DNA from: Thermoanaerobaculia bacterium
GTDB taxonomy: Bacteria; Acidobacteriota; Thermoanaerobaculia; Gp7-AA8
Length of the DNA stretch: 64,000 nucleotides
Direction: 5' to 3'
Assembly: GCA_035525215.1 (NCBI GenBank)
Contig: DATLEY010000088.1
Span: forward strand, 8,159 to 72,158
Under the pieces are notes generated by a model. The model was given only the letters and a program-made list of their open reading frames with translations, was not told where the DNA came from and searched no databases. Position numbers and translations under genes: made by a program. This document shows positions 27,708-37,638 of this stretch, piece by piece (position 1 is the stretch's first letter; each line of letters starts with the position of its first letter).

Positions 27708-28342
27708 AGCCGATCATCATGCTCGCTCTGGCCGCCACGATCGGTGCTCTGCCGATCTTCCGCGCCGGAAACTCGCACCGCATGACCGAGGAGGGAAGGC
27801 GGGCATTCGCCGTTTCGGACCCGGCAGCAGCGGCAAGAAGTTTCGCTCTGGCGGACCAGTGGTCGGCGGATCCCATCGCTTCGTTCAATGCAGGGACGGC
27901 GAGCATTGCCGCCGGAAATGTCGAGGAGGGATCGAGGCTGCTCGCGGAGCTCTCGGCCGAATCCGGCGCGCTGGCCACCGATGCCCTCTTCAACCAGGGG
28001 GGCGCCGCGATGCTGCGCGAGCAGTGGGATGATGCGATCTCGAGTTACATAGAAGTCCTGAAGCGGAGCCCCCGGGATCTCGACGCCAAGCGCAATCTCG
28101 AGATCGCGCTCAGGAGAAATTCTCCGTCTCCCGAGGAGTCGGGTGCGGGGGCGCCGCAGCCTCAGCCCTCGGATCCCGACGAGAGCCCGGAGCAGGAAAC
28201 TCCTTCGCCGTCCGAGCCAGAGGAGGGTGAAACGCAGATGCCCGCGGAAGAGATCCTCCGCTCGATCGCGCAACAGGAGCGTGAAGAGATCCAACGGATG
28301 CGCCGAGAGAAGGCTCCGCATCGCAGGGTCCTCGGATGGTGA
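27704..28342 (+). CDS. TPR-repeat protein (BatC-like)
   Basis: The ATG at 27704 lies inside the 27641 ORF. Signal/TM N-terminus, then TPR-like helices and a C-terminal acidic region with a QQEREE motif. Confidence 0.55.
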   Translation: MKPIIMLALAATIGALPIFRAGNSHRMTEEGRRAFAVSDPAAAARSFALADQWSADPIASFNAGTASIAAGNVEEGSRLLAELSAESGALATDALFNQGGAAMLREQWDDAISSYIEVLKRSPRDLDAKRNLEIALRRNSPSPEESGAGAPQPQPSDPDESPEQETPSPSEPEEGETQMPAEEILRSIAQQEREEIQRMRREKAPHRRVLGW

Positions 28343-29916
28343 ATGCGCCGAGAGCCGGCGTCATCCTTCTTCTATCGCTTGCTTTGTCGAGCGGCCTGTT
28401 CGCGGACACCATCCAGATCGAGAACGCCACCGTGAGGGTAGGCGACCGGTTCCCGTTCACCGTGCTTCTGGAGGGAGATAGTGCGGAGGCTGGATCGGTC
28501 AGGATCGAGCTGAAGAACGTCGAGATCTACGGGCCAGCCGACGTTTCGCGGGAATACAGGTTCACTCCGGAGGGAAGCCGGAACGTGAAGGCGCTGACCT
28601 ACGAAGCGCGAGCCCTGGCTCCGGGAATGGGGCAGATCGGCCCGGTCCGGTTCACGATCCGCGGAGTGGAGCGCGTAGTACCGCCGATCCGGGTTCGCGT
28701 GCTTCCGGTCCGTTCCGAGTCCGAGATCCGGGGGGAGGGGGCGCTCGCGCGGATGGAGCGATCCGGACGGGAGCCGGTCGCTCTGGAAGCCGAGATCGAT
28801 CCGATGCGAGCGCGCATCGGCGAGCAGATCGTGGTCGAATGGGTCCTCTACGCGCGCGAGTCGACCACTGATCCGGCGCTGGTCGAGCTCCCATCACTCG
28901 ACGGCTTCTGGGTCGAAGAGATTCCGACGCGCGGCTCCTTTTCCACGGTCTGGAAAGACGGACGAGAGGCAACCCGGACGCTCATCCGCCGGGTTGCGCT
29001 CTTTCCGATGCGAAGCGGCGTCCTCGAGATCCCGCCGATGGCGGTGCGAGTCGGCATCTTCGGACAGCGCGGCCCCTTCAGCCGCCTCCCGTTCGGCTCG
29101 GGTCTTCTGAATGTGATCCGGGAATCGGAGCCTCGCCAGGTCGTCGTGGATCCTCTCCCCGCGGGAATCGATCTGGTCGGCGACTTCACCATGCGATGCT
29201 CCGAGCCGCGCGCGATCGGTGCGGGACCAGTCGGTTTCCGAGTGACGCTCGAAGGCGATGGCAATCTCCGGTCCGCCCCTCCGCCTCGCCTCGCCGGTTC
29301 CATCGCCGGCGAAGTGACCGTGGAGGAGGGATCGCTGGACATCGATCGCCGCGGTCAGCGGATCCGGATGACCCGGTCGTGGGATTTCGTGATCATTCCG
29401 AAAGAGCGGAAACAGTTCACGGTTCCCGCGATCGAGCTCGTGAGCTGGAGTCCGTCGCTCAACGAGCGCGTCTCCCTCCGCTGCGGGGCCTCAGCCGTGA
29501 CATTCGCGGCGAACCCTTCGCCGACGCCACACGCGGGGGGCTCGCGCTCGCGGCTGGGGGTGGTCGGAGAGCCGCGGGCCCGACGATGGCCGCTCATGGC
29601 GGGCGGGGTGATTCTGATCGCGGGTCTTCTCGCGTGGCTCGGCGTCGCGAGGACGCAGGGGCGGGCCGGGCCGCTGGAGCGCCGGATTCTCGACAGGGCG
29701 AACGAGCCGGCTCGGATGCGGGAGGAATTGAAGGCGATGCTGCGGGAACGGGGACTCGATCCGCACGGGCTCTTCCGCGCGGACTCGGCGCTGGCGGATT
29801 CTTATCGAGCACTTTCCTCCCTGATCGACGTTCTGGAGAAAGAGCCTTGGGAGAAGGAGAGATCCGAGGCGGATCTGCGGCGGCGCGTGAGAGAAATCGT
29901 ACGGAGACTGCCGTAG
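28336..29916 (+). CDS. BatD-like (oxygen tolerance) protein
   Basis: 526 aa. N-terminal signal peptide, large periplasmic region, C-terminal TM helix (MAGGVILIAGLLAWLGV) and a cytoplasmic tail. Last gene of the Bat-type operon. Confidence 0.6.
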   Translation: MVNAPRAGVILLLSLALSSGLFADTIQIENATVRVGDRFPFTVLLEGDSAEAGSVRIELKNVEIYGPADVSREYRFTPEGSRNVKALTYEARALAPGMGQIGPVRFTIRGVERVVPPIRVRVLPVRSESEIRGEGALARMERSGREPVALEAEIDPMRARIGEQIVVEWVLYARESTTDPALVELPSLDGFWVEEIPTRGSFSTVWKDGREATRTLIRRVALFPMRSGVLEIPPMAVRVGIFGQRGPFSRLPFGSGLLNVIRESEPRQVVVDPLPAGIDLVGDFTMRCSEPRAIGAGPVGFRVTLEGDGNLRSAPPPRLAGSIAGEVTVEEGSLDIDRRGQRIRMTRSWDFVIIPKERKQFTVPAIELVSWSPSLNERVSLRCGASAVTFAANPSPTPHAGGSRSRLGVVGEPRARRWPLMAGGVILIAGLLAWLGVARTQGRAGPLERRILDRANEPARMREELKAMLRERGLDPHGLFRADSALADSYRALSSLIDVLEKEPWEKERSEADLRRRVREIVRRLP

Positions 29917-29948
29917 GGGATGAGGCTAGACGAGCGATTTAAGGGATC

Positions 29949-29973
29949 AGGGTAGAGGAGCGAGGGAAGAGGG
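29949..29973. repeat. purine-rich GGGTAGAGGAGCGAGGGAAGAGGGA motif flanking repeat copy B
   Basis: The same motif occurs at 52228-52259 and, inverted, at 52547-52587. A related GAGGAGAGGAAGAGGGTGGAGAC occurs at 58883-58908. Confidence 0.6.
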
Positions 29974-30018
29974 AAAAACAGATCCCAAGCTCGTAGCGGC
30001 ATATCGCGTGCGGGTGGG

Positions 30019-30249
30019 GGTCATTCAGAGGCCGCACGCGCCAGTCGCGCAGAACACCCAATGGTGCCGCGGCCGAAGAATCTCAGCCGCGATGATCGCT
30101 GTCGGGTCCTTATACACGTCCAGATGCGTTCTTACGATGCGGGTGCGCAGGCACAAGAACCCGATGACGGTTTGCGCATTCTGAGATTCTTCGGCCGCGA
30201 GACCAATCACTCCGCGACTTCGGTCTCGCCGTGCGGCCTCTGAATGACC
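30019..30249 (-). repeat. nested-palindromic repeat element, copy B (core in inverted orientation)
   Basis: Same terminal inverted repeats as copy A. The core GCGGCCGAAGAATCTCAGCCGCGATGATCGCTGTCGGG... is the reverse complement of the cores of copies A, C, E and F. Confidence 0.9.
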
Positions 30250-30282
30250 CGCCGTCCCCGCGGGCATCGAGGCCCCGTGTAG

Positions 30283-31449
30283 TTAGGTCCCAACCGCCTT
30301 CATGGCGATCGCGTAGACCTCTCGCAGCGGGATGTTCTCGCGGCGGGCGATCTCGGCGCACGATTCAAACTCGGGGGAGAAGATCTGCCTCTCCTGCCAG
30401 CGGCTCTTCTTGAACCGGACCGGTCCAAGCGGGGTTTCCACCGTCACGATTTCCCGTTCGAGCTCGATCCGCTGCATCGGAACAAAGCGAAGTCCGATGG
30501 TGCTGGTCTCCGCAAAGATGGTGGCGACAATTCGATCCTTTTCTTCGGGCCGGGCCAGCACGGCGACGAGAGTCCCGGGGCGATTCTTCTTCATCTGCAC
30601 CGACTCAAACGTGACGTCGAGAGCGCCGCTGTCGAACAGCCGTTCCATCGTCCATCCGAGGATCTCGGGGGTGAGGTCGTCGATCTGGAACTCGATGGCG
30701 ACGACGTCCGAAACCCGAGAAGCCCCACCCTCGGCGCCCCAGAGCGCGCGCACCGCATTCGCGAAACGCTTCACATCCCGGGCACCGAGTCCGTATCCGA
30801 CTTTTTCCAGCGTCATTGGCGGCTGGGGTCCGAACGCGGTGACGTACTCCCGGAGAATCAGGGCACCGGTCGGCGTGCAGTACTCTCCCTGCAGATCGAG
30901 CTGGAAGATCGGAACACCAAGCAGCAGGTCCGCGGTCGCCGGTGCCGGAATCGGAATCGAGCCGTGACGGGTCTCCACGCGGCCGCTCCCGACGTGAACC
31001 GCGGAAGCCATCACCCGATCGGGAGCGAGATTCTCCATCGCCACGGCGACTCCGACGATGTCGACGATCGAATCGATGGCGCCGACCTCGTGAAGGTGCA
31101 CTTTCTCCACCGGCAGGCCATGAATCTTCGCCTCCGATTCACAAATCCGCTTAAACATCGAAATGCTTCTGCGCTCGGCCTCGGATGAGAGGCCGCGGTC
31201 CTTGACCAGTGTGATGAGGTCGTGGAGATTGCGGTGGACTCGCTTCTCGTCTTCGTGAATCTTCACGTCGAAGCGCGTGCCTGAGATTCCCGCCCGGGTC
31301 GCTCGCGAGATCCCGATCTCGTAGCCATCGAAAGGAAGCTTCGCGAGCTCGCGCCGGATCAGGTCCGGGTCGACACCGAGCTCGATCAGTGCGGCGATCG
31401 TCATGTCACCGGCGATTCCGGCCGTGCAGTCGAGATAGAGGAGCGTCAT
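30283..31449 (-). CDS. larC: LarC-family nickel-pincer cofactor biosynthesis protein (DUF111, nickel insertase)
   Basis: N-terminal LYLDCTAGIAGDM signature of the DUF111/LarC family, 388 aa. No larA, larB or larE is nearby. Confidence 0.8.
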   Translation of the reverse strand: MTLLYLDCTAGIAGDMTIAALIELGVDPDLIRRELAKLPFDGYEIGISRATRAGISGTRFDVKIHEDEKRVHRNLHDLITLVKDRGLSSEAERRSISMFKRICESEAKIHGLPVEKVHLHEVGAIDSIVDIVGVAVAMENLAPDRVMASAVHVGSGRVETRHGSIPIPAPATADLLLGVPIFQLDLQGEYCTPTGALILREYVTAFGPQPPMTLEKVGYGLGARDVKRFANAVRALWGAEGGASRVSDVVAIEFQIDDLTPEILGWTMERLFDSGALDVTFESVQMKKNRPGTLVAVLARPEEKDRIVATIFAETSTIGLRFVPMQRIELEREIVTVETPLGPVRFKKSRWQERQIFSPEFESCAEIARRENIPLREVYAIAMKAVGT

Positions 31450-31562
31450 TGCGGGAAGAGTACAACGGCGGGGGCCTCGGCTCCGTCGAGGAGGCGAGAA
31501 AGATTTCTAGGAGACCAGGGGCGGACGTCGCAGGGAAAGGGTTGCACGGAACGGCCGGGGGG

Positions 31563-31794
31563 GGGTCATTCAGAGGCCGCACGGGAGGACGAGGTTGAGA
31601 GACGATTGGTCTCGCGGCCGAAGAATCTCAGAATGCGCAGGCCGCCATCGGGTTCTTGTGCCGGTGCACTCGCGTCGTACGATCGCGTCTGGACGTGCGT
31701 AAGAATCCGACAGCGACCATCGCATTCTGAGATTCTTCGGCCGCAGCACCATCTCATATTCTGCGCCGGTGTCCCGTGCGGCCTCTGAATGACC
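31563..31794 (+). repeat. nested-palindromic repeat element, copy C
   Basis: Full-length copy. It starts 9 nt after the stop of the GT-C gene (minus strand) and lies 114 nt upstream of the larC start. Confidence 0.9.
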
Positions 31795-31803
31795 CCCGCG
31801 CGG

Positions 31804-33129
31804 CTACGAGTTTTCCGCTCTGATTTCCGGGATGTTCTCTGGAAACTTCGTCGCCACGACATGGTAGAGAAGCGCCCCAATGAATGCCGCCGCCACCGCC
31901 ATGCTGATGTTCTTCCCCACCAGCCCGTGCGCTGGCTCTCCCCAGAAGGCGGTAAACGGATCCGTCGCGGCACAAAAATTCACGATGAAGCCGGACAGGA
32001 ACAATCCGAAGAAGAGTGGCTTCGTCCCCCGTAATGAGTAGAAGAAGGCTACGAGCGGCACGGCGAGTGCTGGCAGCGCCGGCAGGAGCAAACGCGTAGC
32101 ATAGGAGGAGCCGCCCCGCCAATCGACCCACGCTGCCGTGAGTGCGAAGTACGAGAAGAAGGCGATCGCTGCGCTGATGCGCAAGCTGTTTGGAATCCTC
32201 CCACCCCGCAGCCAGCCCGTCGATCCAATCGCGAGCAGCGGGGCGAACCAGAGGAGTCCGTGCGCAGGATCGAAGATCAGCCCAGCCGCCCCGCCGACGG
32301 GATCACCGACGGTGAACGTCTGGAATGTCGAAAAGGGGGTTCCAACCAGAAGGTAATTTTTCCCAGCGAATAGAAGGGCAAAAAATAAGGGGCCAATCGC
32401 GAGCACGGCAGATTTGCGAATGCCCAGTTCACGGATGCATCCGAAGACGATTGCGAACACAAGGAGAAGAGCCGTTTCCTTCATCGCAATGGTCAGTCCC
32501 AGAAAAAAAGAGGCGAGAATCATCCGATTGCTCACGATGCAGACAACACTGAAGACCGCGAATGACCATGTGAAGGGCTCGGTGAAGAATGTCCGGCTGT
32601 AAAACCAAAGCGGTGATCCGAAGTAGACGCAGAGAGTGATCAGAGCGGCATCGCGCATGGTTTCCGTGACCGTGCAGAGCAGTCGCCAAAAAAGCACCAG
32701 CCCGGCGAAAGTCACGACCAGAGTGAGAGCGCCCAGCAAAGCGTCGGGGGCGCTGCCCGGATTGATGCGCTGATTCACCGCGATCAAGGGCGCCGCAAGA
32801 AACGGAAGCCCGAGTGGATGCGCGAAGACTTCCGCGTCCTCGATCCGGCGGACGTGGCGGTCGAGTCGCTTGCCAGCTGCCTTCTTGCCGGCAATGTTCG
32901 ATCCCGCTTGAACGTCGTCATAGTCATCCCGAAGGTCAACGTCACGGTCGACGCCAAGGGAGTGTGCCATCAGGGCGTAGTGAGGCTCGTCACCGCCGAC
33001 CAAAGAGGGGCGATTCGCGAATGGTAGCAAATGGAACAAGAAGAGCACGAGGAGCCAGGGACGCAGTCCTCGAATCGACGCAGTCGACGGTAGAGTCATT
33101 TCTCGACTCGCAATCGTAGAGTATGTCAA
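31804..33129 (-). CDS. polytopic membrane protein, putative GT-C-fold glycosyltransferase
   Basis: 441 aa, about 11-13 TM helices. An acidic motif GGDEPHYA sits in the first extracytoplasmic loop, as in ArnT/PMT-like enzymes. Assignment is by architecture only. Confidence 0.45.
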   Translation of the reverse strand: MTYSTIASREMTLPSTASIRGLRPWLLVLFLFHLLPFANRPSLVGGDEPHYALMAHSLGVDRDVDLRDDYDDVQAGSNIAGKKAAGKRLDRHVRRIEDAEVFAHPLGLPFLAAPLIAVNQRINPGSAPDALLGALTLVVTFAGLVLFWRLLCTVTETMRDAALITLCVYFGSPLWFYSRTFFTEPFTWSFAVFSVVCIVSNRMILASFFLGLTIAMKETALLLVFAIVFGCIRELGIRKSAVLAIGPLFFALLFAGKNYLLVGTPFSTFQTFTVGDPVGGAAGLIFDPAHGLLWFAPLLAIGSTGWLRGGRIPNSLRISAAIAFFSYFALTAAWVDWRGGSSYATRLLLPALPALAVPLVAFFYSLRGTKPLFFGLFLSGFIVNFCAATDPFTAFWGEPAHGLVGKNISMAVAAAFIGALLYHVVATKFPENIPEIRAENS

Positions 33130-33154
33130 AGAATTGGGGAGAAGAGCGGAGCGA

Positions 33155-33901
33155 TCATCCTGTCAACATTTGCTGGAGCAGATCGTGCGATTTCAGCTCG
33201 TACCCGAGGAAGTTGCGCCGCAGCCAGCGGGCGAAGGCGCGGATCTCGAAGATGAGCTCCGGACGAGGGGAAGCCACCGCGAACTCTTCGACCGGCTGGC
33301 GCAGGATCGCCGCGATGCCGGCGACGACGTCATTCGGCACGACTTTCCCCACGCTCCTCCCACATTCGTCGCAGAGAAAGACTCCGCGGAGCTCGTCGTA
33401 TCGGAGGGCGCTGGAGAGCGGCCGCTGGCAATCGGCGCATTCGCGGATCGAAGGAAAGATGCCGGCGAGCCGCAGCATCCAGATCTCGAACCAGGCGAGG
33501 AGGGGCTCGACGGGGACTCCCTCCAGGAGAGCGTTCGAGGTCCGGTCGAGCAGCCGGTAAAGCAGCTCGGCGGGATCGTGAGCGAGCGCGAAGGTATCGA
33601 CGTTCTCGGCGATGTAGGTGGCTGCAAGGCTGGGGACGAGATGCTGCTGAGCGCTGAAGAGGGACCGGATGAGGTCGATCGCCTCGATGCGGACCACTTC
33701 CTCGGTTTCTTTCTCGTACCAGGTGAGATGAACCTTGGTCAAAGGCTCGAGCGACGCACCGAAACGGCTTCTCGCGCTGCGGGCTCCGTACGCCCAACCC
33801 TTCATTTTTCCGTGGTCGGGGGTCAGGAAGACGACCAGCTTGTCGCGCTCTCGCGAAGCGTACGTGTAGAGAATGATCGCTTCGCTCTTTTCCGGTCGCA
33901 C
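33155..33901 (-). CDS. recO: DNA repair protein RecO
   Basis: OB-fold N-terminus (AIILYTYASRERDKLVVFLTPDHGKMKGWA) and a zinc finger CADCQRP...CDEC. Confidence 0.85.
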   Translation of the reverse strand: MRPEKSEAIILYTYASRERDKLVVFLTPDHGKMKGWAYGARSARSRFGASLEPLTKVHLTWYEKETEEVVRIEAIDLIRSLFSAQQHLVPSLAATYIAENVDTFALAHDPAELLYRLLDRTSNALLEGVPVEPLLAWFEIWMLRLAGIFPSIRECADCQRPLSSALRYDELRGVFLCDECGRSVGKVVPNDVVAGIAAILRQPVEEFAVASPRPELIFEIRAFARWLRRNFLGYELKSHDLLQQMLTG

Positions 33902-33969
33902 GGTTCTATCGTAATCGAGACGGCAGCTCGCTCGGGTCGACTCCCAACCCTGCTAGGATCTTCTTCCCA

Positions 33970-34683
33970 ATGAGCGAGACCGTGTTCATCCATCCCGCGG
34001 AGGCCCGGCGCCGCTTCGAAGAGTTCGCGAATGGGGAGATCGATGACGGCAACCTCGTGGAGGGCGCGCTCCTGATCGCCCTCGAGGAGTATCCGGCGAT
34101 CGACGTGGAATCCTATGTCTGCCGACTCGACGAGCTCGCCGATCGCATTGCGAAACGTGGCAGTCCGGAGGAGCCGGACATCTTCCGTCTCGGGCATCTT
34201 CACTACGAGCTTTTCGACATCGAGGGGTTCAGCGGTAACGAGAGCGACTACTACGACGTGAGGAACTCGTTTCTCAACGAAGTCATCGATCGGAAGCTCG
34301 GCCTGCCGATCACTCTCTCGATCGTCTTTCTCCACGTCGCTCATCGCGTCGGGATGACCGCGAGCGGTGTCGGCCTGCCTGGCCATTTCATCGTCAAGGT
34401 GCAGTTCCCGCTGAGTGAGATCTACGTCGATCCCTTCCATGCCGGACGCACTCTGACCATCGGCGAGATCGACACCATGATCGGGGAGATGAGCGGGGGA
34501 GAGATGAGGCTTCGCTCCCAGTTCCTCCGTGGGTGGAGCGGGCGTGAGATTCTCGTACGGGTCCTCTCGAATCTGCAGAAGGGCTATCAGCGCTCCGGTG
34601 ACAAGCGGAAAGCCTTGAGCGCGGAAGAGCGAATCGCCATACTGAGCCGCTTCGCCGGGCCGGTCGAGACCGGACAACCGTGA
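33970..34683 (+). CDS. transglutaminase-like/SirB1-YchA family protein (UPF0162)
   Basis: The conserved block NSFLNEVIDRKLGLPITLSIVFLHVAHRVGMTASGVGLPGHFIVKV resembles the YchA/SirB1 N-terminal domain. Confidence 0.55.
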   Translation: MSETVFIHPAEARRRFEEFANGEIDDGNLVEGALLIALEEYPAIDVESYVCRLDELADRIAKRGSPEEPDIFRLGHLHYELFDIEGFSGNESDYYDVRNSFLNEVIDRKLGLPITLSIVFLHVAHRVGMTASGVGLPGHFIVKVQFPLSEIYVDPFHAGRTLTIGEIDTMIGEMSGGEMRLRSQFLRGWSGREILVRVLSNLQKGYQRSGDKRKALSAEERIAILSRFAGPVETGQP

Positions 34684-34741
34684 GCCCGGCCGTTCCGAAG
34701 CCTGACCCACCGCATCATCGAGTGAGCCCCTGGAGGTCCTG

Positions 34742-35995
34742 ATGGGAACCCGCACCCCGAAACCGAAGCCTGCGACGAAGAAGAGCGCTGGAAAATCCGA
34801 GCCCAAAAAGAAAGCCGAGAAACAGCCGGAACGGCACTCGACTTTTCTCAAGGGAAACCGGATCAATCCCGAGCCGATCCGCAAGGGTGTCAGGGTCGCC
34901 GACCTGATCGACAACGCCTTCACTTCCTACAACGCGGGACGTCTCCGGGAGGCCTGCAGGCTGCTCAACGAGAAGATGCTCGGAGACGACTGCACGGTCG
35001 GCGTATCGCTCAGCGGGGCGCTGACGCCGACGGGGATGGGAAAGTCGGTGCTGATTCCGCTGATCGAGGCGGGCTTCATCGACTGGATCGTCTCCACCGG
35101 CGCGAATCTCTATCACGACGCCCACTTCGGGATCGGTCTCAAGCTCCATTATGGGTCGCCGTTCCTCGACGACACGAAGCTCCGATCCGAGGGCGTGGTT
35201 CGGATCTACGACATCCTGTTCGACTATCACGTGCTCCTCGATACCGATCGGTTCTTCCGCACCGTTCTCTCGCAGCCGGAGTTCAGCGGCCCGATGTCGA
35301 CCGCGGAGTTCCACCACCGCGTCGGCCGGTATGTGCATGAGACGGAGAAGAAGCTCGGCATCGGGACCGTCTCGCTTCTCTCCGCGGCTTATCAGTACGA
35401 CGTGCCGATCTACACCTCGTCGCCCGGAGATTCTTCGATCGGGATGAACGTGGCCGGGCTGCAGCTCTCTGGCTCCACATTCATGTTCGACGTCTCGGCG
35501 GACGTGAACGAAACGGCCTCGATCGTTCTGGAAGCGAAGCGGGGAGGGGGAAAGTCCGGGGTGATGCTCATCGGGGGCGGCAGCCCGAAGAACTTCATGC
35601 TGCAGACCGAGCCGCAGATCCAGGAAGTGCTCATGATCGACGAAGAAGGGCACGACTACTTTCTGCAGATCACGGACGCCCGGCCGGATACCGGCGGGTT
35701 GTCGGGTGCGACGCCGGGAGAAGCCGTCTCCTGGGGAAAAGTGCGGCCCGATACTCTCCCGGACGCGGTGGTTTGTTACTCCGATTCGACGATCGCGCTG
35801 CCGATGCTCGCGGCGTATGCGCTCGACCGCCATCCGAAGCGGAAACCGAAACGGCTGTTCAGGCGGCGGGGGGCCATGCTCGCGGCGCTGCGGAAGGCTT
35901 TCGATGAGGCGCGAAGCCGGCCCGGGCAGCGCTCCTGGACGGAGATCGAGGAAGACATGGGCGGCGAGATGCGCGGCGGCACCATGAACCGGTGA
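34742..35995 (+). CDS. deoxyhypusine synthase-like protein (DHS/homospermidine synthase family)
   Basis: Lys-rich N-terminus, then the conserved DHS core [39 protein letters not shown] and GGGSPKNF. Confidence 0.8.
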   Translation: MGTRTPKPKPATKKSAGKSEPKKKAEKQPERHSTFLKGNRINPEPIRKGVRVADLIDNAFTSYNAGRLREACRLLNEKMLGDDCTVGVSLSGALTPTGMGKSVLIPLIEAGFIDWIVSTGANLYHDAHFGIGLKLHYGSPFLDDTKLRSEGVVRIYDILFDYHVLLDTDRFFRTVLSQPEFSGPMSTAEFHHRVGRYVHETEKKLGIGTVSLLSAAYQYDVPIYTSSPGDSSIGMNVAGLQLSGSTFMFDVSADVNETASIVLEAKRGGGKSGVMLIGGGSPKNFMLQTEPQIQEVLMIDEEGHDYFLQITDARPDTGGLSGATPGEAVSWGKVRPDTLPDAVVCYSDSTIALPMLAAYALDRHPKRKPKRLFRRRGAMLAALRKAFDEARSRPGQRSWTEIEEDMGGEMRGGTMNR

Positions 35996-36155
35996 AATCT
36001 TGACTTCATTACCGCCTGCTCGTACTCTCTCGGTCCGATGAGCACCTACGAGACGCTGCATCTCCATGAAGGCTGGTGGCGCGACCGGTCTTAGGGGACG
36101 CTGTATCTCGCGCCCCCACCGATCCGGGAGGGGCGCTCTCGAGCCGAATTCGGCA

Positions 36156-36192
36156 ATCAGGCCTCTTCCCGTGACGGAAGGGGCTTTTTGAT
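36156..36192 (+). terminator. possible rho-independent terminator after the DHS-like gene
   Basis: An imperfect hairpin CTTCCCGTGACGGAAGGGG is followed by CTTTTTGATTTTT. Confidence 0.3.
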
Positions 36193-36207
36193 TTTTCGGA
36201 TCGAGGC

Positions 36208-37638
36208 ATGGCCAGAATCGTTTTGACAGTTCACGAGGAAACGCCCGAGGAGGCGCTCGCGCAGATTCGCGCGTGGAGCGAGACCGCGGACGCCGTCGAG
36301 TTGCGGCTGGATGCCTTCGCGGACTCAGGGAGCGCGGTCGATTTCGACAGCTTCCGCCGGGCATTTTCCGGGACGCTGATCGCGACGCGACGGGGAGGGG
36401 GGATGGCGCCCGGCGAGGCACGAAGAGCGATCGCAGCGGGCTTCGATCTCATCGATCTGGAGCTCGAGACCGGAAAAGATCTCTCGCCGTTCGATGATCT
36501 CCTCCCGAGATCGATCCTCTCATTCCACGACTTCGCCGGAGTCCCCGATCTCGCGCCACTCCTTCATTCGATGCTTCGGTCCGGGGCCGCTCACGTGAAG
36601 GTTGCCGTGACTCCCTCGACATTCGACGAGGATCGCCGCCTGCTGGCGACTCTTCAGGGCGTGAACGCCTGGAATCTGACGCTCTTCGGGATGGGATCGC
36701 GTGGTCTTTACAGCCGGATCCTCGCTCCCTTCTTCGGCAGCGAGCTGACGTTCGTGAGCGTTCCGGGGCGTCCCGCCGCGCCCGGCCAGCTCTCCGTCGA
36801 GCGGGCGGCGGTTTTGTGGGGGGATGGAAGTCAGGACATCCCGGAGGCGCTCTTTGCCGTCGTAGGGAATCCTGCCGCGCACTCGCTCTCTCCGGCGATC
36901 CACAATGCGCGCTTCCGCGCGGCGGGGGCGCCGGCGGCCTATTCGATCATCGAGACTGAATCTTTCCAGGAAGTGGCAGAGGCCCTCATGCGCGGCGACG
37001 AGCTCGCTCCACGCGGAATCAGCATCACCGCCCCCTTCAAGGAGGAGGCGTTCGCCTTCGCGCGCCGGCATGGAGCCACGATCTCGTCGCGCGCTTCCGC
37101 CTGCGGTTCGATCAATACCCTGATGCGAACGCCGGATGCGAAGCTGCTCGCCGACAATACCGACGTCGAGGGCATCTCCCGCAATCTGCCGGACGGCTCG
37201 CTTGCCGCTTCCGCCGTGATCGGTTCGGGAGGGACGTCGCGTGCGGCGATTCTCGCGCTTCGCGAGCGCGGATCGGCGGTCACTGTGTTCGCGAGACGCC
37301 CCGACCGCATTGCCGAATTCGCCTCTCTCCGCGGAGCAAAGGTTCGTTCCCTCGAGGAGCTGCGGGCTTTCCGGGGAGATGTCCTCGTGAATACGGTGAG
37401 CGGAGACGCACTCGTGGAGATGCCGGATCCCGAAGCGTTGCGGGGTTGCCGTGTGATCGACGTTTCGTATGCCGCCGGGCGTCTGGCGAAGCTGGCGGAG
37501 TTGAGAGACGCCGGAGTGGAAGCAATCGGCGGGATCGAGGTTCTGGAGGCTCAGGCCGATGCGCAGAACGAGCTTTTCATCGGGTCGCTGGAGATGCGGC
37601 CGGGCGTAGAACGAGACAGGAAGGTTCATTCGAGATGA
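36208..37638 (+). CDS. aroDE: bifunctional 3-dehydroquinate dehydratase (type I) / shikimate dehydrogenase
   Basis: N-terminal AroD-like half. C-terminal AroE signature VVGNPAAHSLSPAIHNARF and NAD(P) fold GSGGTSRAAILAL. Confidence 0.85.
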   Translation: MARIVLTVHEETPEEALAQIRAWSETADAVELRLDAFADSGSAVDFDSFRRAFSGTLIATRRGGGMAPGEARRAIAAGFDLIDLELETGKDLSPFDDLLPRSILSFHDFAGVPDLAPLLHSMLRSGAAHVKVAVTPSTFDEDRRLLATLQGVNAWNLTLFGMGSRGLYSRILAPFFGSELTFVSVPGRPAAPGQLSVERAAVLWGDGSQDIPEALFAVVGNPAAHSLSPAIHNARFRAAGAPAAYSIIETESFQEVAEALMRGDELAPRGISITAPFKEEAFAFARRHGATISSRASACGSINTLMRTPDAKLLADNTDVEGISRNLPDGSLAASAVIGSGGTSRAAILALRERGSAVTVFARRPDRIAEFASLRGAKVRSLEELRAFRGDVLVNTVSGDALVEMPDPEALRGCRVIDVSYAAGRLAKLAELRDAGVEAIGGIEVLEAQADAQNELFIGSLEMRPGVERDRKVHSR

